Source: Candidatus Pacearchaeota archaeon (GTDB lineage: Archaea; Nanobdellota; Nanobdellia; Pacearchaeales; GW2011-AR1). From it: a DNA stretch of 48,659 bases. The notes under the pieces are model-generated. The model was given only the letters and a program-made list of their open reading frames with translations. It was not told the DNA's origin and did no database searches. Where the stretch lies: the NCBI GenBank assembly GCA_023142835.1, contig JAGLIS010000023.1, positions 1 to 48,659 on the forward strand, written 5' to 3'. The position numbers and the translations under genes are program-made. Below, one piece after another: positions 10,354-18,824 of this stretch (the stretch's first letter is position 1; every line of letters starts with the position of its first letter).

Positions 10354-11592
10354 ATGAGTCTGAAAAGTATTTTGAAGGAAGAGCTTGAAATTATTTCTCT
10401 TTTTCGTGAGGAGATTTCGAGTCTACAAAAAGTTGCTAAGGATTTTATTAAACAACTTGCTTCTAAGAATGTAAAAGCTTATTTGGGAGGTAGTTTAGCT
10501 AAGGGGACACTGATTAGAAAACAGAATAAACAAGATGTGGATATTTTTGTAGTATTTGATTCTAATGAAGATATTTTGAAATTTGAAAAAGTTTTGAAGA
10601 CAATTAAGTTGCCTGGAAAATTGAAAAAGGTTCATGGGTCTAGGGATTATTTTCAAATTGTTTGTGATGATATTATATTGGAAGTGGTTCCTGTTGTGAA
10701 AAATAAAAATCCTGAATTGGCGGAAAATGTTACTGATGTTTCGTTGAGTCATGTTAAGTACGTAGGAGATGTTGTAAAAAGAAATCCGAAGATTAGTGGC
10801 GAGATTAAGTTGGCTAAAGCGTTTTGCTGGGCGAATAGGTGTTATGGTGCTGAAGGTTATGTTAGAGGTTTTAGTGGTTATTCTTTAGAAGTTTTAGTAA
10901 TTTATTTTGGAGGTTTTGTTAATTTCTTGAAAAGAATCTCTAGTCGAAGAGTAATTGATCCCTTGAAATATTTCAGAAATGAGCGGGAGGTTTTAAGTGA
11001 GTTAAATGCATCGAAGTTGACTGGTCCGCTTGTTTTAGTTGATCCGACTTATAAATATAGGAATGTGACTGCAGGACTTGGTGATGAAACTTTTGAGAAA
11101 TTTAAAATTATTGTTAAGAATTTTCTGAAATCTCCTTCATTAAAGTTTTTTGAGTTGAAGCCTATTGATGTGGACGGATTAAAAAATCTTGCTAATAAAA
11201 AGAAGGCAGTGTTTATTGAAATTGATTTAGAGATAGATAGGCAAGAGGGAGATATTGCTGGGACGAAGATGAAGAAATTTTTTAATTTTTTAATTAGTGA
11301 GCTTGGAAGGAAACAGCAAAAAGTTTTGGCGAGTGATTTTGATTATTCTGGTGAAGGTAAAAAGGCGAAAGGATATTTAGTTGTTGAAGAAAAAAAGGAA
11401 ATTGAGATTCGAGGTCCTTCGATTGGATTGGTCGATGCTGTTAGGGAGTTTAGAAAGGCAAAAGGCAAGAAGGTTTTTAAGAAAAAAGGTTATTGGTGGT
11501 TTAAAAAAGAAATAGGTATTGTAGAGGTTTTTAGATTTATTAAGAAAGTTGAAAGAGAAATGAGTGTGGGTGCGAAGTTAAATAATTTCTAG
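10354..11592 (+). CDS. cca: CCA-adding tRNA nucleotidyltransferase, archaeal class I
   Basis: AYLGGSLAKGTLIRKQNKQDVDIFVVF nucleotidyltransferase core; length typical of the family. Confidence 0.8.
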   Translation: MSLKSILKEELEIISLFREEISSLQKVAKDFIKQLASKNVKAYLGGSLAKGTLIRKQNKQDVDIFVVFDSNEDILKFEKVLKTIKLPGKLKKVHGSRDYFQIVCDDIILEVVPVVKNKNPELAENVTDVSLSHVKYVGDVVKRNPKISGEIKLAKAFCWANRCYGAEGYVRGFSGYSLEVLVIYFGGFVNFLKRISSRRVIDPLKYFRNEREVLSELNASKLTGPLVLVDPTYKYRNVTAGLGDETFEKFKIIVKNFLKSPSLKFFELKPIDVDGLKNLANKKKAVFIEIDLEIDRQEGDIAGTKMKKFFNFLISELGRKQQKVLASDFDYSGEGKKAKGYLVVEEKKEIEIRGPSIGLVDAVREFRKAKGKKVFKKKGYWWFKKEIGIVEVFRFIKKVEREMSVGAKLNNF

Positions 11593-11961
11593 ATTTTTTC
11601 TGTTTCTAATTGTTAAAATTTTGTTGGTTACTCTTTTTTTCAAATTTTTATCTAGTGTTGCTAAAATAATTTTTTTCTCAGAAATATAATTTTTTATTTT
11701 AATGTCAACATTAGGATTATTTCCTGGGAGTTTTATAATTTTATGGTTGATTGTTTGTAAAATTTCTAAACTTAATTTAGCTGAGTTTTTGTCTAGGATT
11801 TTTATTCCTTTTTTATCTTTTATATTTTTCAATTCATCCAAAACTTCTTGGGGAATAATCCATTCAATTGGTTCGTCAAAGAGGTCGTTTGTGATGCTGT
11901 TAAAATCTATTTTTTGTTTTATACAGGTTAGAATAAAGTTTGTGTCGAGTAATATTTTCAT
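11578..11961 (-). CDS. PIN-domain protein (Fcf1/Utp24-like)
   Basis: MKILLDTNFIL, VLDELKNI, ATLDKNLKKRV. Confidence 0.7.
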   Translation of the reverse strand: MKILLDTNFILTCIKQKIDFNSITNDLFDEPIEWIIPQEVLDELKNIKDKKGIKILDKNSAKLSLEILQTINHKIIKLPGNNPNVDIKIKNYISEKKIILATLDKNLKKRVTNKILTIRNRKNLEII

Positions 11962-12011
11962 ATTATTTATAATTTGAGAAGATTTATATAACTTCTCTTC
12001 TTAATAAATAA

Positions 12012-12572
12012 ATGAAGGAAGTGGGGAATGTTTTGAGGATTTTAAGAGAGACTAAGAAGTTTATGGAAGAGGGTAATTTTCATGAAATAAAAGATTTATC
12101 AAGTCAGACAATTCATTCTGCGACAATTTCTCAAGATGCGGATAATATTATTGTGGCTGTTTTGGTTTATTCTTTGAGTAAGATTCTTGAACGAGAGCAT
12201 TACAGAGATATGGAAGGTTGGTCGGAGTTTTATGATGCTATGACTAAAAATCTTGATTTGGCTATTCAGGCGCTTGAGAAGAATGATGTTGAAAAAACGC
12301 GGGTTTATCTTGGGAAGATTAGAAATTCATTGAATAAAATTTCGGGTGATCTGGGTCAGTATATTAAGGATATTTTTAGGAAGGCGGAAATTAATAAGGC
12401 GTTTAAACTTTATGAGCATGGTTTGTCGTCGGAGCAGACTGCAAAGCTTCTTGGAGTGAGTTTGTGGGATATGGCATCGTATATTGGACAGTCACATATT
12501 GGCGATTCAAAAATTGCGATTAGTATGCCTGTGGCGAAGAGGGTTAAGATTGCAGAGGATATTTTTGGATGA
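12012..12572 (+). CDS. Hypothetical protein with C-terminal HTH-like segment
   Basis: LSSEQTAKLLGVSLWDMASYIG. No family recognised. Confidence 0.5.
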   Translation: MKEVGNVLRILRETKKFMEEGNFHEIKDLSSQTIHSATISQDADNIIVAVLVYSLSKILEREHYRDMEGWSEFYDAMTKNLDLAIQALEKNDVEKTRVYLGKIRNSLNKISGDLGQYIKDIFRKAEINKAFKLYEHGLSSEQTAKLLGVSLWDMASYIGQSHIGDSKIAISMPVAKRVKIAEDIFG

Positions 12573-12634
12573 AGATTCGGAAGGCGAAGAAAGGGGATGA
12601 AATGCGGATTTCTGGTATATTCAGAAGGGGTTAG
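12569..12634 (+). other. Mini-ORF MKIRKAKKGDEMRISGIFRRG, looks like an N-terminal stub of a GNAT-type gene
   Basis: ATG overlaps the upstream TGA (ATGA). The M.IR.A...D start is typical of acetyltransferases. Truncated after 21 codons. Confidence 0.35.
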
Positions 12635-12680
12635 TTGAAATTTTTTACTAAGGTGGATGCAATTCGGAACGAGATGAATC

Positions 12681-12696
12681 GGTAGATTTAAAAGTT
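12681..12696 (+). promoter_or_regulatory. GGTAGATTTAAAAGTT motif (BRE/TATA-like), copy 1
   Basis: Same 16-mer at 32044-32059. Variants at 32092-32105 and 40350-40370. Confidence 0.3.
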
Positions 12697-12849
12697 CTTG
12701 AATTTTGAAGTATCTATGGCAAGTAACCGAAGTATACGGATGAAGAATTTAACTGTTAGTTTGGTCTGTGCTGTTTTGTTCTACGCTGGATAAATGTTGA
12801 TCCCACTTGGGACATTTATGCAAAATCATCTAAATTTTTATTTTACAAT

Positions 12850-14451
12850 ATGATATCTATTAACGATTTTACAAAAAGCTTTGAAAGAGACAATTTATTC
12901 GAAAACATGAATTTAATAATCCATCCGAATAAGCGAATTGCGTTAGTCGGTAAAAATGGTGCAGGGAAAACGACGTTTCTAAGGTGTCTGGTTGGACAGG
13001 AAGAGTTCCAGGGAAGAATCACAACTGACAAAATAAAGATAAGTATAATGGAACAGGAAAACAACTTTGAAAATTTAGATAAAACATTTAACGACTATAT
13101 TAGCGACAAGAAGCAAGGGTTGGAAAAGATGAAAATTGAACTAGAAGAACAGATGAGTGCCCCTGAATTTTATGAAGATGAAAATAAATTTAGTGCATTA
13201 ATGAATCGTTATGATCTTCTTTTGACAGATGGTTCATTTGAATTAGAAAATGCTGATCTAATCGAAATTCTAGACAAGTTAGATATAAATGAGAATGTTC
13301 TAAACCAGAAGATATCTAGCTTGAGCGGCGGGCAAAAGATAAAGTTACGTCTTGCAGAATGTCTTGCGAAAAAGGCCGATCTCTACTTGCTAGATGAGCC
13401 AACAAATCACATAGATTTGGAAACGTCTGAATGGCTGGGAAAACATATTCAAGAAAATATAAAATCTTTAATTGTAATTTCTCATGATAGGTATTTTTTA
13501 AATGAGATTGTAGATGAGGTATGGAAAATCGAAGACAAAAAACTGGAAAAGTATATAGGTAGTTATGACGATTATGAAGAAGAAGAATTTAAACATTTGA
13601 AATTGTTAAGAGAGAAATTCAGGGATGCCACAAGGCGAAAGGAAAAGTTATTGGAATCTGCGAAAGAAAAAAGGCGTTGGGCTTCTATGGCAGGGAGTAA
13701 AAGATTAAAGTCCTTAGCAGATAGATTGGAGCGAGAAGCGGAAAGTATAGAGATAGGAGTGAACCCTGAAGATTTACTTGTTGACATTAAAATAGCATTC
13801 ACAAATAAGAAGCTTCATAAATGTGAGGTCTTCAGATTAGTCGATTTGACTAAAAAGTTCGAAGAGAAAATACTTTTTGAGAATGTTAATCAAGAGATTA
13901 CTAATGGTGAGAAGATTGCGATTATCGGAAGAAATGGAAGTGGGAAGACAACTTTATTGAAAATGCTAATGGGGCATGAGGCAGTAACGGGTGGAGCTAT
14001 GAATAAAAGGCAGGACTTAAAGATAGGTTACTTTGATCAAGAGCTAGGAGATATAGACAAAAAACAAACAGTAATGGAATTTTTAGAAAGCGAGATAGGC
14101 AAAAAGCGAGAAACTCTGACTTCGGCTCTTTCGGGATTTGATTTTGATAAAAAATTTCTTTCTCAAAAAATCAAAAAATTATCTGGCGGAGAAAAGGGAA
14201 GATTAAATATCTTAAGGATAACATTAGAGGATAATGAGATCTTATTATTGGATGAACCAACAAATAATCTAGACATTAATCTAAAAGATTTATTAGAGAA
14301 GGCGATTAGGAAATTTCCCGGGACGGTTGTGATTATTTCTCATGATAGGCATTTTATGGATAAGGTGGCTACGAGAATATTCGAGATTAAAGATAAAAAG
14401 ATAAAAGGTTATAGTGGAAACTATTCTGATTATCTTGAAATTAAAAAGTAG
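12850..14451 (+). CDS. ABC-F family ATPase (two nucleotide-binding domains, no membrane domain)
   Basis: GKNGAGKTT/LSGGQK/LLDEPTNH and GRNGSGKTT/LSGGEKGR/LLDEPTNN, with a charged helical inter-domain linker. Confidence 0.9.
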   Translation: MISINDFTKSFERDNLFENMNLIIHPNKRIALVGKNGAGKTTFLRCLVGQEEFQGRITTDKIKISIMEQENNFENLDKTFNDYISDKKQGLEKMKIELEEQMSAPEFYEDENKFSALMNRYDLLLTDGSFELENADLIEILDKLDINENVLNQKISSLSGGQKIKLRLAECLAKKADLYLLDEPTNHIDLETSEWLGKHIQENIKSLIVISHDRYFLNEIVDEVWKIEDKKLEKYIGSYDDYEEEEFKHLKLLREKFRDATRRKEKLLESAKEKRRWASMAGSKRLKSLADRLEREAESIEIGVNPEDLLVDIKIAFTNKKLHKCEVFRLVDLTKKFEEKILFENVNQEITNGEKIAIIGRNGSGKTTLLKMLMGHEAVTGGAMNKRQDLKIGYFDQELGDIDKKQTVMEFLESEIGKKRETLTSALSGFDFDKKFLSQKIKKLSGGEKGRLNILRITLEDNEILLLDEPTNNLDINLKDLLEKAIRKFPGTVVIISHDRHFMDKVATRIFEIKDKKIKGYSGNYSDYLEIKK

Positions 14452-14476
14452 TTAATTTTTTACTTAAGAATAAAGA

Positions 14477-14545
14477 AATAAATATTTAATTTTCGATGCG
14501 GAGTTGATAATGGGCAGATATTTAAATAGTATTTTACTTATATGA
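14477..14545 (+). pseudogene. Start-less 5' stub of the PIN-like gene at 15922
   Basis: Reads ..KYLIFDAELIMGRYLNSILLI*; the ATG is replaced by AAT. Confidence 0.5.
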
Positions 14546-14622
14546 ATAATATGTTACTTAATGAAAAGGAATTTAAAATTTAATGATGGGGGGAGTCATA
14601 TTTTGGCGATGAAAAAATTAAA

Positions 14623-14679
14623 ATGAAATATTTAATCTTCGACGCAGGATTTAAAATTATGAATGGGGTGTTTGAATGA
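14623..14679 (+). other. Mini-ORF MKYLIFDAGFKIMNGVFE (5' stub of the PIN-like gene)
   Basis: First 23 nt identical to 15922-15944. Its TGA overlaps the nitroreductase ATG. Confidence 0.6.
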
Positions 14680-15254
14680 AATTCCAAGAAGTAATTGACA
14701 AAAGACATACTACGAGAGAATTTGAAGAAAAGAAAGTTTCGTTGAAGACCTTAAAAAAATTAGTCTCGAATGCAACAAAAGCACCTTCTGCAGCAAATTG
14801 GCAGCCAGGGGAATTTTATATAATTCAATCAGAAGAGATGATAAAAAAACTTTCAGAAATATTAGTGAAATTTTTAGGAAAAGAAAATAAAGAATTGAAA
14901 AAACTTCCGAAGAAATTGCAGGGAATAACCAATAAATTTTATTCAACTCTTGGAGGATGTAAAACTGTAATTTTTGTGTATACAAAAAGAAATAAAGATT
15001 TGAGAAAAAGAGATAGTAGTATTATGAGTGTTTCTGCGTCAATTGAGAATTTGTTGCTTAGTGCAGTTGATGAAAATCTTGGGACTTGCTGGATGGGTTC
15101 ATTCAAGATGGTTCAAAAAGAGATTAATGTGCTTTTGAAAATTCCAAAAAACTTTGAAATGGTTGCGGGATTATTAATTGGTTATCCAAAGAAGGGTTAT
15201 ATTCCGCTTAAAAGAAAAAAGAAAAAACTTTCGGAGGTTTTGAGAGTTATATGA
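14676..15254 (+). CDS. Nitroreductase family protein
   Basis: IDKRHTTREFEEKKVS...ATKAPSAANWQP and the C-terminal GYP motif region. Confidence 0.85.
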   Translation: MKFQEVIDKRHTTREFEEKKVSLKTLKKLVSNATKAPSAANWQPGEFYIIQSEEMIKKLSEILVKFLGKENKELKKLPKKLQGITNKFYSTLGGCKTVIFVYTKRNKDLRKRDSSIMSVSASIENLLLSAVDENLGTCWMGSFKMVQKEINVLLKIPKNFEMVAGLLIGYPKKGYIPLKRKKKKLSEVLRVI

Positions 15255-15391
15255 AATATCTAATCTTCTATACGGGAAAAATTAAAAACCAAAACAAATA
15301 TAAACTGAGTTCTATAATAGATTATAATTTAAGTCCTCGGTGTTACCTGCAAGGATATGCTGGGTTTTATATTTTTAAGAGGTGTTTTTGA
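15251..15391 (+). other. 46-codon mini-ORF starting with a second stub of the PIN-like gene (MKYLIFYTGK...)
   Basis: ATG overlaps the nitroreductase TGA. Its TGA is immediately followed by the ATG at 15392. Confidence 0.55.
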
Positions 15392-15925
15392 ATGAAACTA
15401 ATTTATATTTACGGACCTCCTGCTTCGGGAAAACTAACTGTAGCTAAAGAACTAGAGAAACTTACAAAATATAAATTGTTTCATAATCATTTGATTAATG
15501 ATGTTATTTCAGAAATTATGGATTTTGAACATCCTAAATTCTGGAAATTTACTGATAGATTGAAATTGGAGGTTTTTGGTTTAGCTTCTCGATTTAATGT
15601 AGGGGGAATGATTTTTACTCAAACATATGTTGGCGGGAGTTTTCCAAAGAAAGCAAAAAAAATAATTGAAAAGTATGATGGAAGAGTTTATTTTGTAAAA
15701 CTTGAACCGAGCAAAGAGGAATTAATGAAAAGGGTTTGTTATGTTTTTAGAAAGAAATATCAAAAATTTTCTTCAAAAAATGAATTAAAAAAATTTATGG
15801 AAAAAAATGATGCCTATAGGAAAGCTTCTGCAAAAAATCAAATGATCATCGATAATACATGTGTTCCCTCGAAGAAAGTCGCTGAGATGATTGTAAAGAA
15901 TTTTAAATTGAGGAGATTATTATGA
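15392..15925 (+). CDS. P-loop NTPase / small-molecule-kinase-like protein
   Basis: Variant Walker A GPPASGKLT. Paralogue of 17451-17990. Confidence 0.65.
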   Translation: MKLIYIYGPPASGKLTVAKELEKLTKYKLFHNHLINDVISEIMDFEHPKFWKFTDRLKLEVFGLASRFNVGGMIFTQTYVGGSFPKKAKKIIEKYDGRVYFVKLEPSKEELMKRVCYVFRKKYQKFSSKNELKKFMEKNDAYRKASAKNQMIIDNTCVPSKKVAEMIVKNFKLRRLL

Positions 15926-16596
15926 AATATTTAATCTTCGACGCTGGGCCGATAATTTCTTTGACGATGAATGGGATGTTGTATTTGGTTGAGAATTTGA
16001 AGGAAGGGTTTGATGGAGAATTTATTTTGACGCCTCAGGTTAAGAGAGAGGTTGTTGACAGGCCGATGAAAATTAAGAAGTATAAGCTCGAAGCTATTCA
16101 GGTTAATGATATGATTGAGAGAGGTGTTTTTAAGATGTCTTCGGAGATTGTGTCAAATCAGAAATTGGATGTGGAAGTTAAGCGGATTTTGAAAGTTACT
16201 GGAGGAGTTTTAAGAACGGTGCAAACTGGTGAGAAGATAAAGATTATTCATAGTGGTGAAGCGGCGTGTCTCGCATTTTCTAAGTTATGTGGTGCGGAGA
16301 GTGTAATCATTATTGATGAGAGAACTACAAGGATGTTGACGGAGGCACCGCAGAATTTGAAGGAGATGATGGAGAGGAAATTGCATACACCACTTAAAGC
16401 AGAACTGTCGTTGCTGGATGAGTTGAAGGATTTTAAATTCATCCGTTCTGCAGAGCTTCTTTTTGTTGCTTATAAAAAAGGGTTAATACCTATAAAGAAA
16501 AGTAAAGATTTACTTGATGCTTTGCTTTATGGTGTCAAGTTTAAAGGTGCGGCGATTTCTTCTAAAGAGATTGAAGAGATGAAAAAATTGGTTTAG
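15922..16596 (+). CDS. PIN-like nucleic-acid-binding protein (PIN_3/DUF3368-like)
   Basis: IFDAGPIISL, TPQVKREV, HSGEAACLA, IIIDERTTR. Confidence 0.55.
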   Translation: MKYLIFDAGPIISLTMNGMLYLVENLKEGFDGEFILTPQVKREVVDRPMKIKKYKLEAIQVNDMIERGVFKMSSEIVSNQKLDVEVKRILKVTGGVLRTVQTGEKIKIIHSGEAACLAFSKLCGAESVIIIDERTTRMLTEAPQNLKEMMERKLHTPLKAELSLLDELKDFKFIRSAELLFVAYKKGLIPIKKSKDLLDALLYGVKFKGAAISSKEIEEMKKLV

Positions 16597-16680
16597 ATTT
16601 TTAGTTAATAGTTTTTGGATTGTTTGTTGCTCTGTATCGTTGTCTTTCGGATAATTTATTGGATTCGCTGAGAATTAATT

Positions 16681-17358
16681 TTATAAGATTAACTTTGGAA
16701 TTTCGTCTAAAGACTTGACTTGCGAATACTTTTCTAATTTTGAATCAGGAGAATCTGATCTATGAACATATATTCCTTTAGCATTTGCCGGATAATTCTT
16801 CCTTAAATCATCTGCCACAAGAACATCCTCTGCTCTATCTCCAATACAATAGATGTCACCCTCTTGATATTGCATTTTTTTTAACAAATCTATTGCCCCT
16901 TCATACTTTGTTTTTTGGTCATTGGAAACTATACTAATTCTATCTCCAAAATATTCTTCTAATCCCAAATGTCGAATTTTTTGAAGTTGATTGCTTTTAT
17001 TAGAGGATCTTGAAAGTAACCCTAAATTTACTCCATTTTCCATTAAGGAATTTAATATCTTTCTTGTTTCAGAATAAAGAGTTATTTCTCCAGAGTTTAA
17101 AGCACCATCTAGTGTATACAAATTCTTAAAATTCTCTCTGTAGCTTTGATCTAATTCTTCTTTACCAAATCCGTATTGAGCTGCTAATGCATATTTGTCC
17201 TTTTTCCCTTCGGTAACTGCCTGTCTTTCTGTAATGGAAATACCAAGACCTCTGAATGTTTTTATAAGCTCATTAGACATCCATTTGTCAGAATTTACCA
17301 AAGTTCCATCAAGGTCAAATATAGCAACTCTCTTTTTCGATATATCTTTATTTATCAT
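16681..17358 (-). CDS. HAD-superfamily phosphatase
   Basis: VAIFDLDGTLVNS motif I and a GDRAEDV motif IV-like region. ATG at 17358 preferred over TTG at 17373; a TATA-like TTTATATATT lies ~25 nt upstream. Confidence 0.85.
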   Translation of the reverse strand: MINKDISKKRVAIFDLDGTLVNSDKWMSNELIKTFRGLGISITERQAVTEGKKDKYALAAQYGFGKEELDQSYRENFKNLYTLDGALNSGEITLYSETRKILNSLMENGVNLGLLSRSSNKSNQLQKIRHLGLEEYFGDRISIVSNDQKTKYEGAIDLLKKMQYQEGDIYCIGDRAEDVLVADDLRKNYPANAKGIYVHRSDSPDSKLEKYSQVKSLDEIPKLIL

Positions 17359-17450
17359 GTAACTACTAAGCAAGGGTAATATATAAACCTTTTGTTTTCC
17401 AATTTTTTGGGATTACAAAGATATATAAACATTACAATAAATTTAAATAT

Positions 17451-17990
17451 ATGAAATTAATATTTGTTTATGGCCCTCCAGCATCGGGAAAACTTACTGT
17501 ATCAAAAGAATTATCAAAAATTACTGGATATAAATTGTTTCACAATATGCTTACAGTTGACTTGGCGCAAACTGTTTTGGATTGGAATGATAAAAATTTC
17601 GGTGACTTAACAACAAAATACAGACTTATAACTTTTGAAGAGGCAGCAAAAGCAAATGTAGAAGGGATTATATTTACTTATGCTTATGCACCTGGAGTTG
17701 ATGATGATTTTGTAAAAAAAGTTATTAATCAAATGAAATCACATAATGGAGAGATACATTTTGTGCAGATTCACGCAGAAAAAGAAGAACTATTAAAAAG
17801 AGTTGAAAGCGATTCTAGAAAAGAACTCAAAAAATTAATTGATAAATCTGTATTAGAAAAGCAGTTAGTCAAGAGAGATCAATATGCAAAAATTCCTTTT
17901 GTTGAAACTTTTTCTGTTGATACTACCTGCGTTTCTGCAAAAGAAACTGCTGAGAAAATAAAAGAACATTTTAAATTAGTTTCTGATTAA
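17451..17990 (+). CDS. P-loop NTPase / kinase-like protein, paralogue of 15392-15925
   Basis: MKLIFVYGPPASGKLTVSKEL..YKLFHN matches MKLIYIYGPPASGKLTVAKEL..YKLFHN. Confidence 0.65.
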   Translation: MKLIFVYGPPASGKLTVSKELSKITGYKLFHNMLTVDLAQTVLDWNDKNFGDLTTKYRLITFEEAAKANVEGIIFTYAYAPGVDDDFVKKVINQMKSHNGEIHFVQIHAEKEELLKRVESDSRKELKKLIDKSVLEKQLVKRDQYAKIPFVETFSVDTTCVSAKETAEKIKEHFKLVSD

Positions 17991-18240
17991 AAAGTATAAT
18001 TTCTTTTCAAAAAAGAAGACAAAATAAGAACCCCCTATTTTCTTTTTGCCCCAAAGGAGGTACTCTTTAAGCAGAAAAAGAAACATAAAATTATAACTCG
18101 TTTTATTAATTTAAATTTAAAAGTATGGAGTTATAGATTATTTTAGTTAGTTAGGGTGCATTGGATAATGATGGTCTGCTCGGCTCCACAACCTTTTTTG
18201 GGGTACAAATATTTAAATAGCCCATGTCTTAATTATTAAT

Positions 18241-18717
18241 ATGGAATGGACTATTAAGGAGGAGAATGAATTGAAAGAAAAATATTTTTCTTGTGTCAAT
18301 CTTAGAGAACTTGAAATTCATTTGAATCGAAGTGTTCGCTCCATAAAACAAAAGGCCGCAAGACTTGGATTGTCAAGAGGGCGTGCGCCTATCAATAAAC
18401 CGAAAAATAAGAAACATAGAAATATTATAGATAAAAAATATTATGAGAATAACAAAAAGAGAATTTAACACACTAAGACAAAACGATTGAGAAGGATAAA
18501 AGCTGAAATAATAAATTTTTTGGGAGGAAGATGTTCCAAATGTGGTTATGATAAATGTAGGGCGGCGTTGGAATTTCATCACAATACTTCAGATAAGGGT
18601 GGGGATATGGCGTATATAATTAAAAATAAATCTAGAGAGAAGGCTTTAAAAGAAGGAAAGAAATGTATATTATTATGTGCGAATTGTCATAGAGAATTGC
18701 ACAATAGGGGTTCATAG
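18241..18717 (+). pseudogene. HNH endonuclease with N-terminal HTH, interrupted by a single in-frame TAA (18466-18468)
   Basis: ORFs 18241-18468 and 18487-18717 share one frame: ..YYENNKKRI*HTKTKRLRRIKAEIINFLGGRCSKCGY...LEFHH...CANCHRELH. Confidence 0.65.
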
Positions 18718-18778
18718 TTCAAAGGTAGAATTTCGGTCTCCAGAACCGACGATGTGGGTTCGATTCCTGCTGAGCCCA
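18708..18778 (+). tRNA. tRNA-Trp (anticodon CCA), no intron
   Basis: Acceptor GGGTTCA/TGAGCCC, D arm GTTC-AAAGGTA-GAAT, anticodon arm TCGGT-CTCCAGA-ACCGA, T loop TTCGATT. Confidence 0.85.
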
Positions 18779-18824
18779 TCTGCCCTCCCAATACTTTTAT
18801 AAATAAAGTCTTCTTAGTTTTGTT

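Larger units (their letters stand above)
12567..12743. repeat. Decayed ~85-nt tandem units starting at the stop codon of the upstream gene
   Basis: GGATGAAGATTCGGAAGG (12567), GGATGCAATTCGGAACG (12655) and GGATGAAGAATTT (12738). Units 1 and 2 also share ATGAA(A)T(G)CGG..ATTT. Confidence 0.5.

Noticed and set aside
18170-18190. Possible upstream duplicate of the tRNA-Trp 3' end (TCTGCTCGGCTCCA versus CCTGCTGAGCCCA) that would bracket the HNH gene.
   Set aside because: Only about 8 of 13 positions match by eye, which is not distinguishable from chance.
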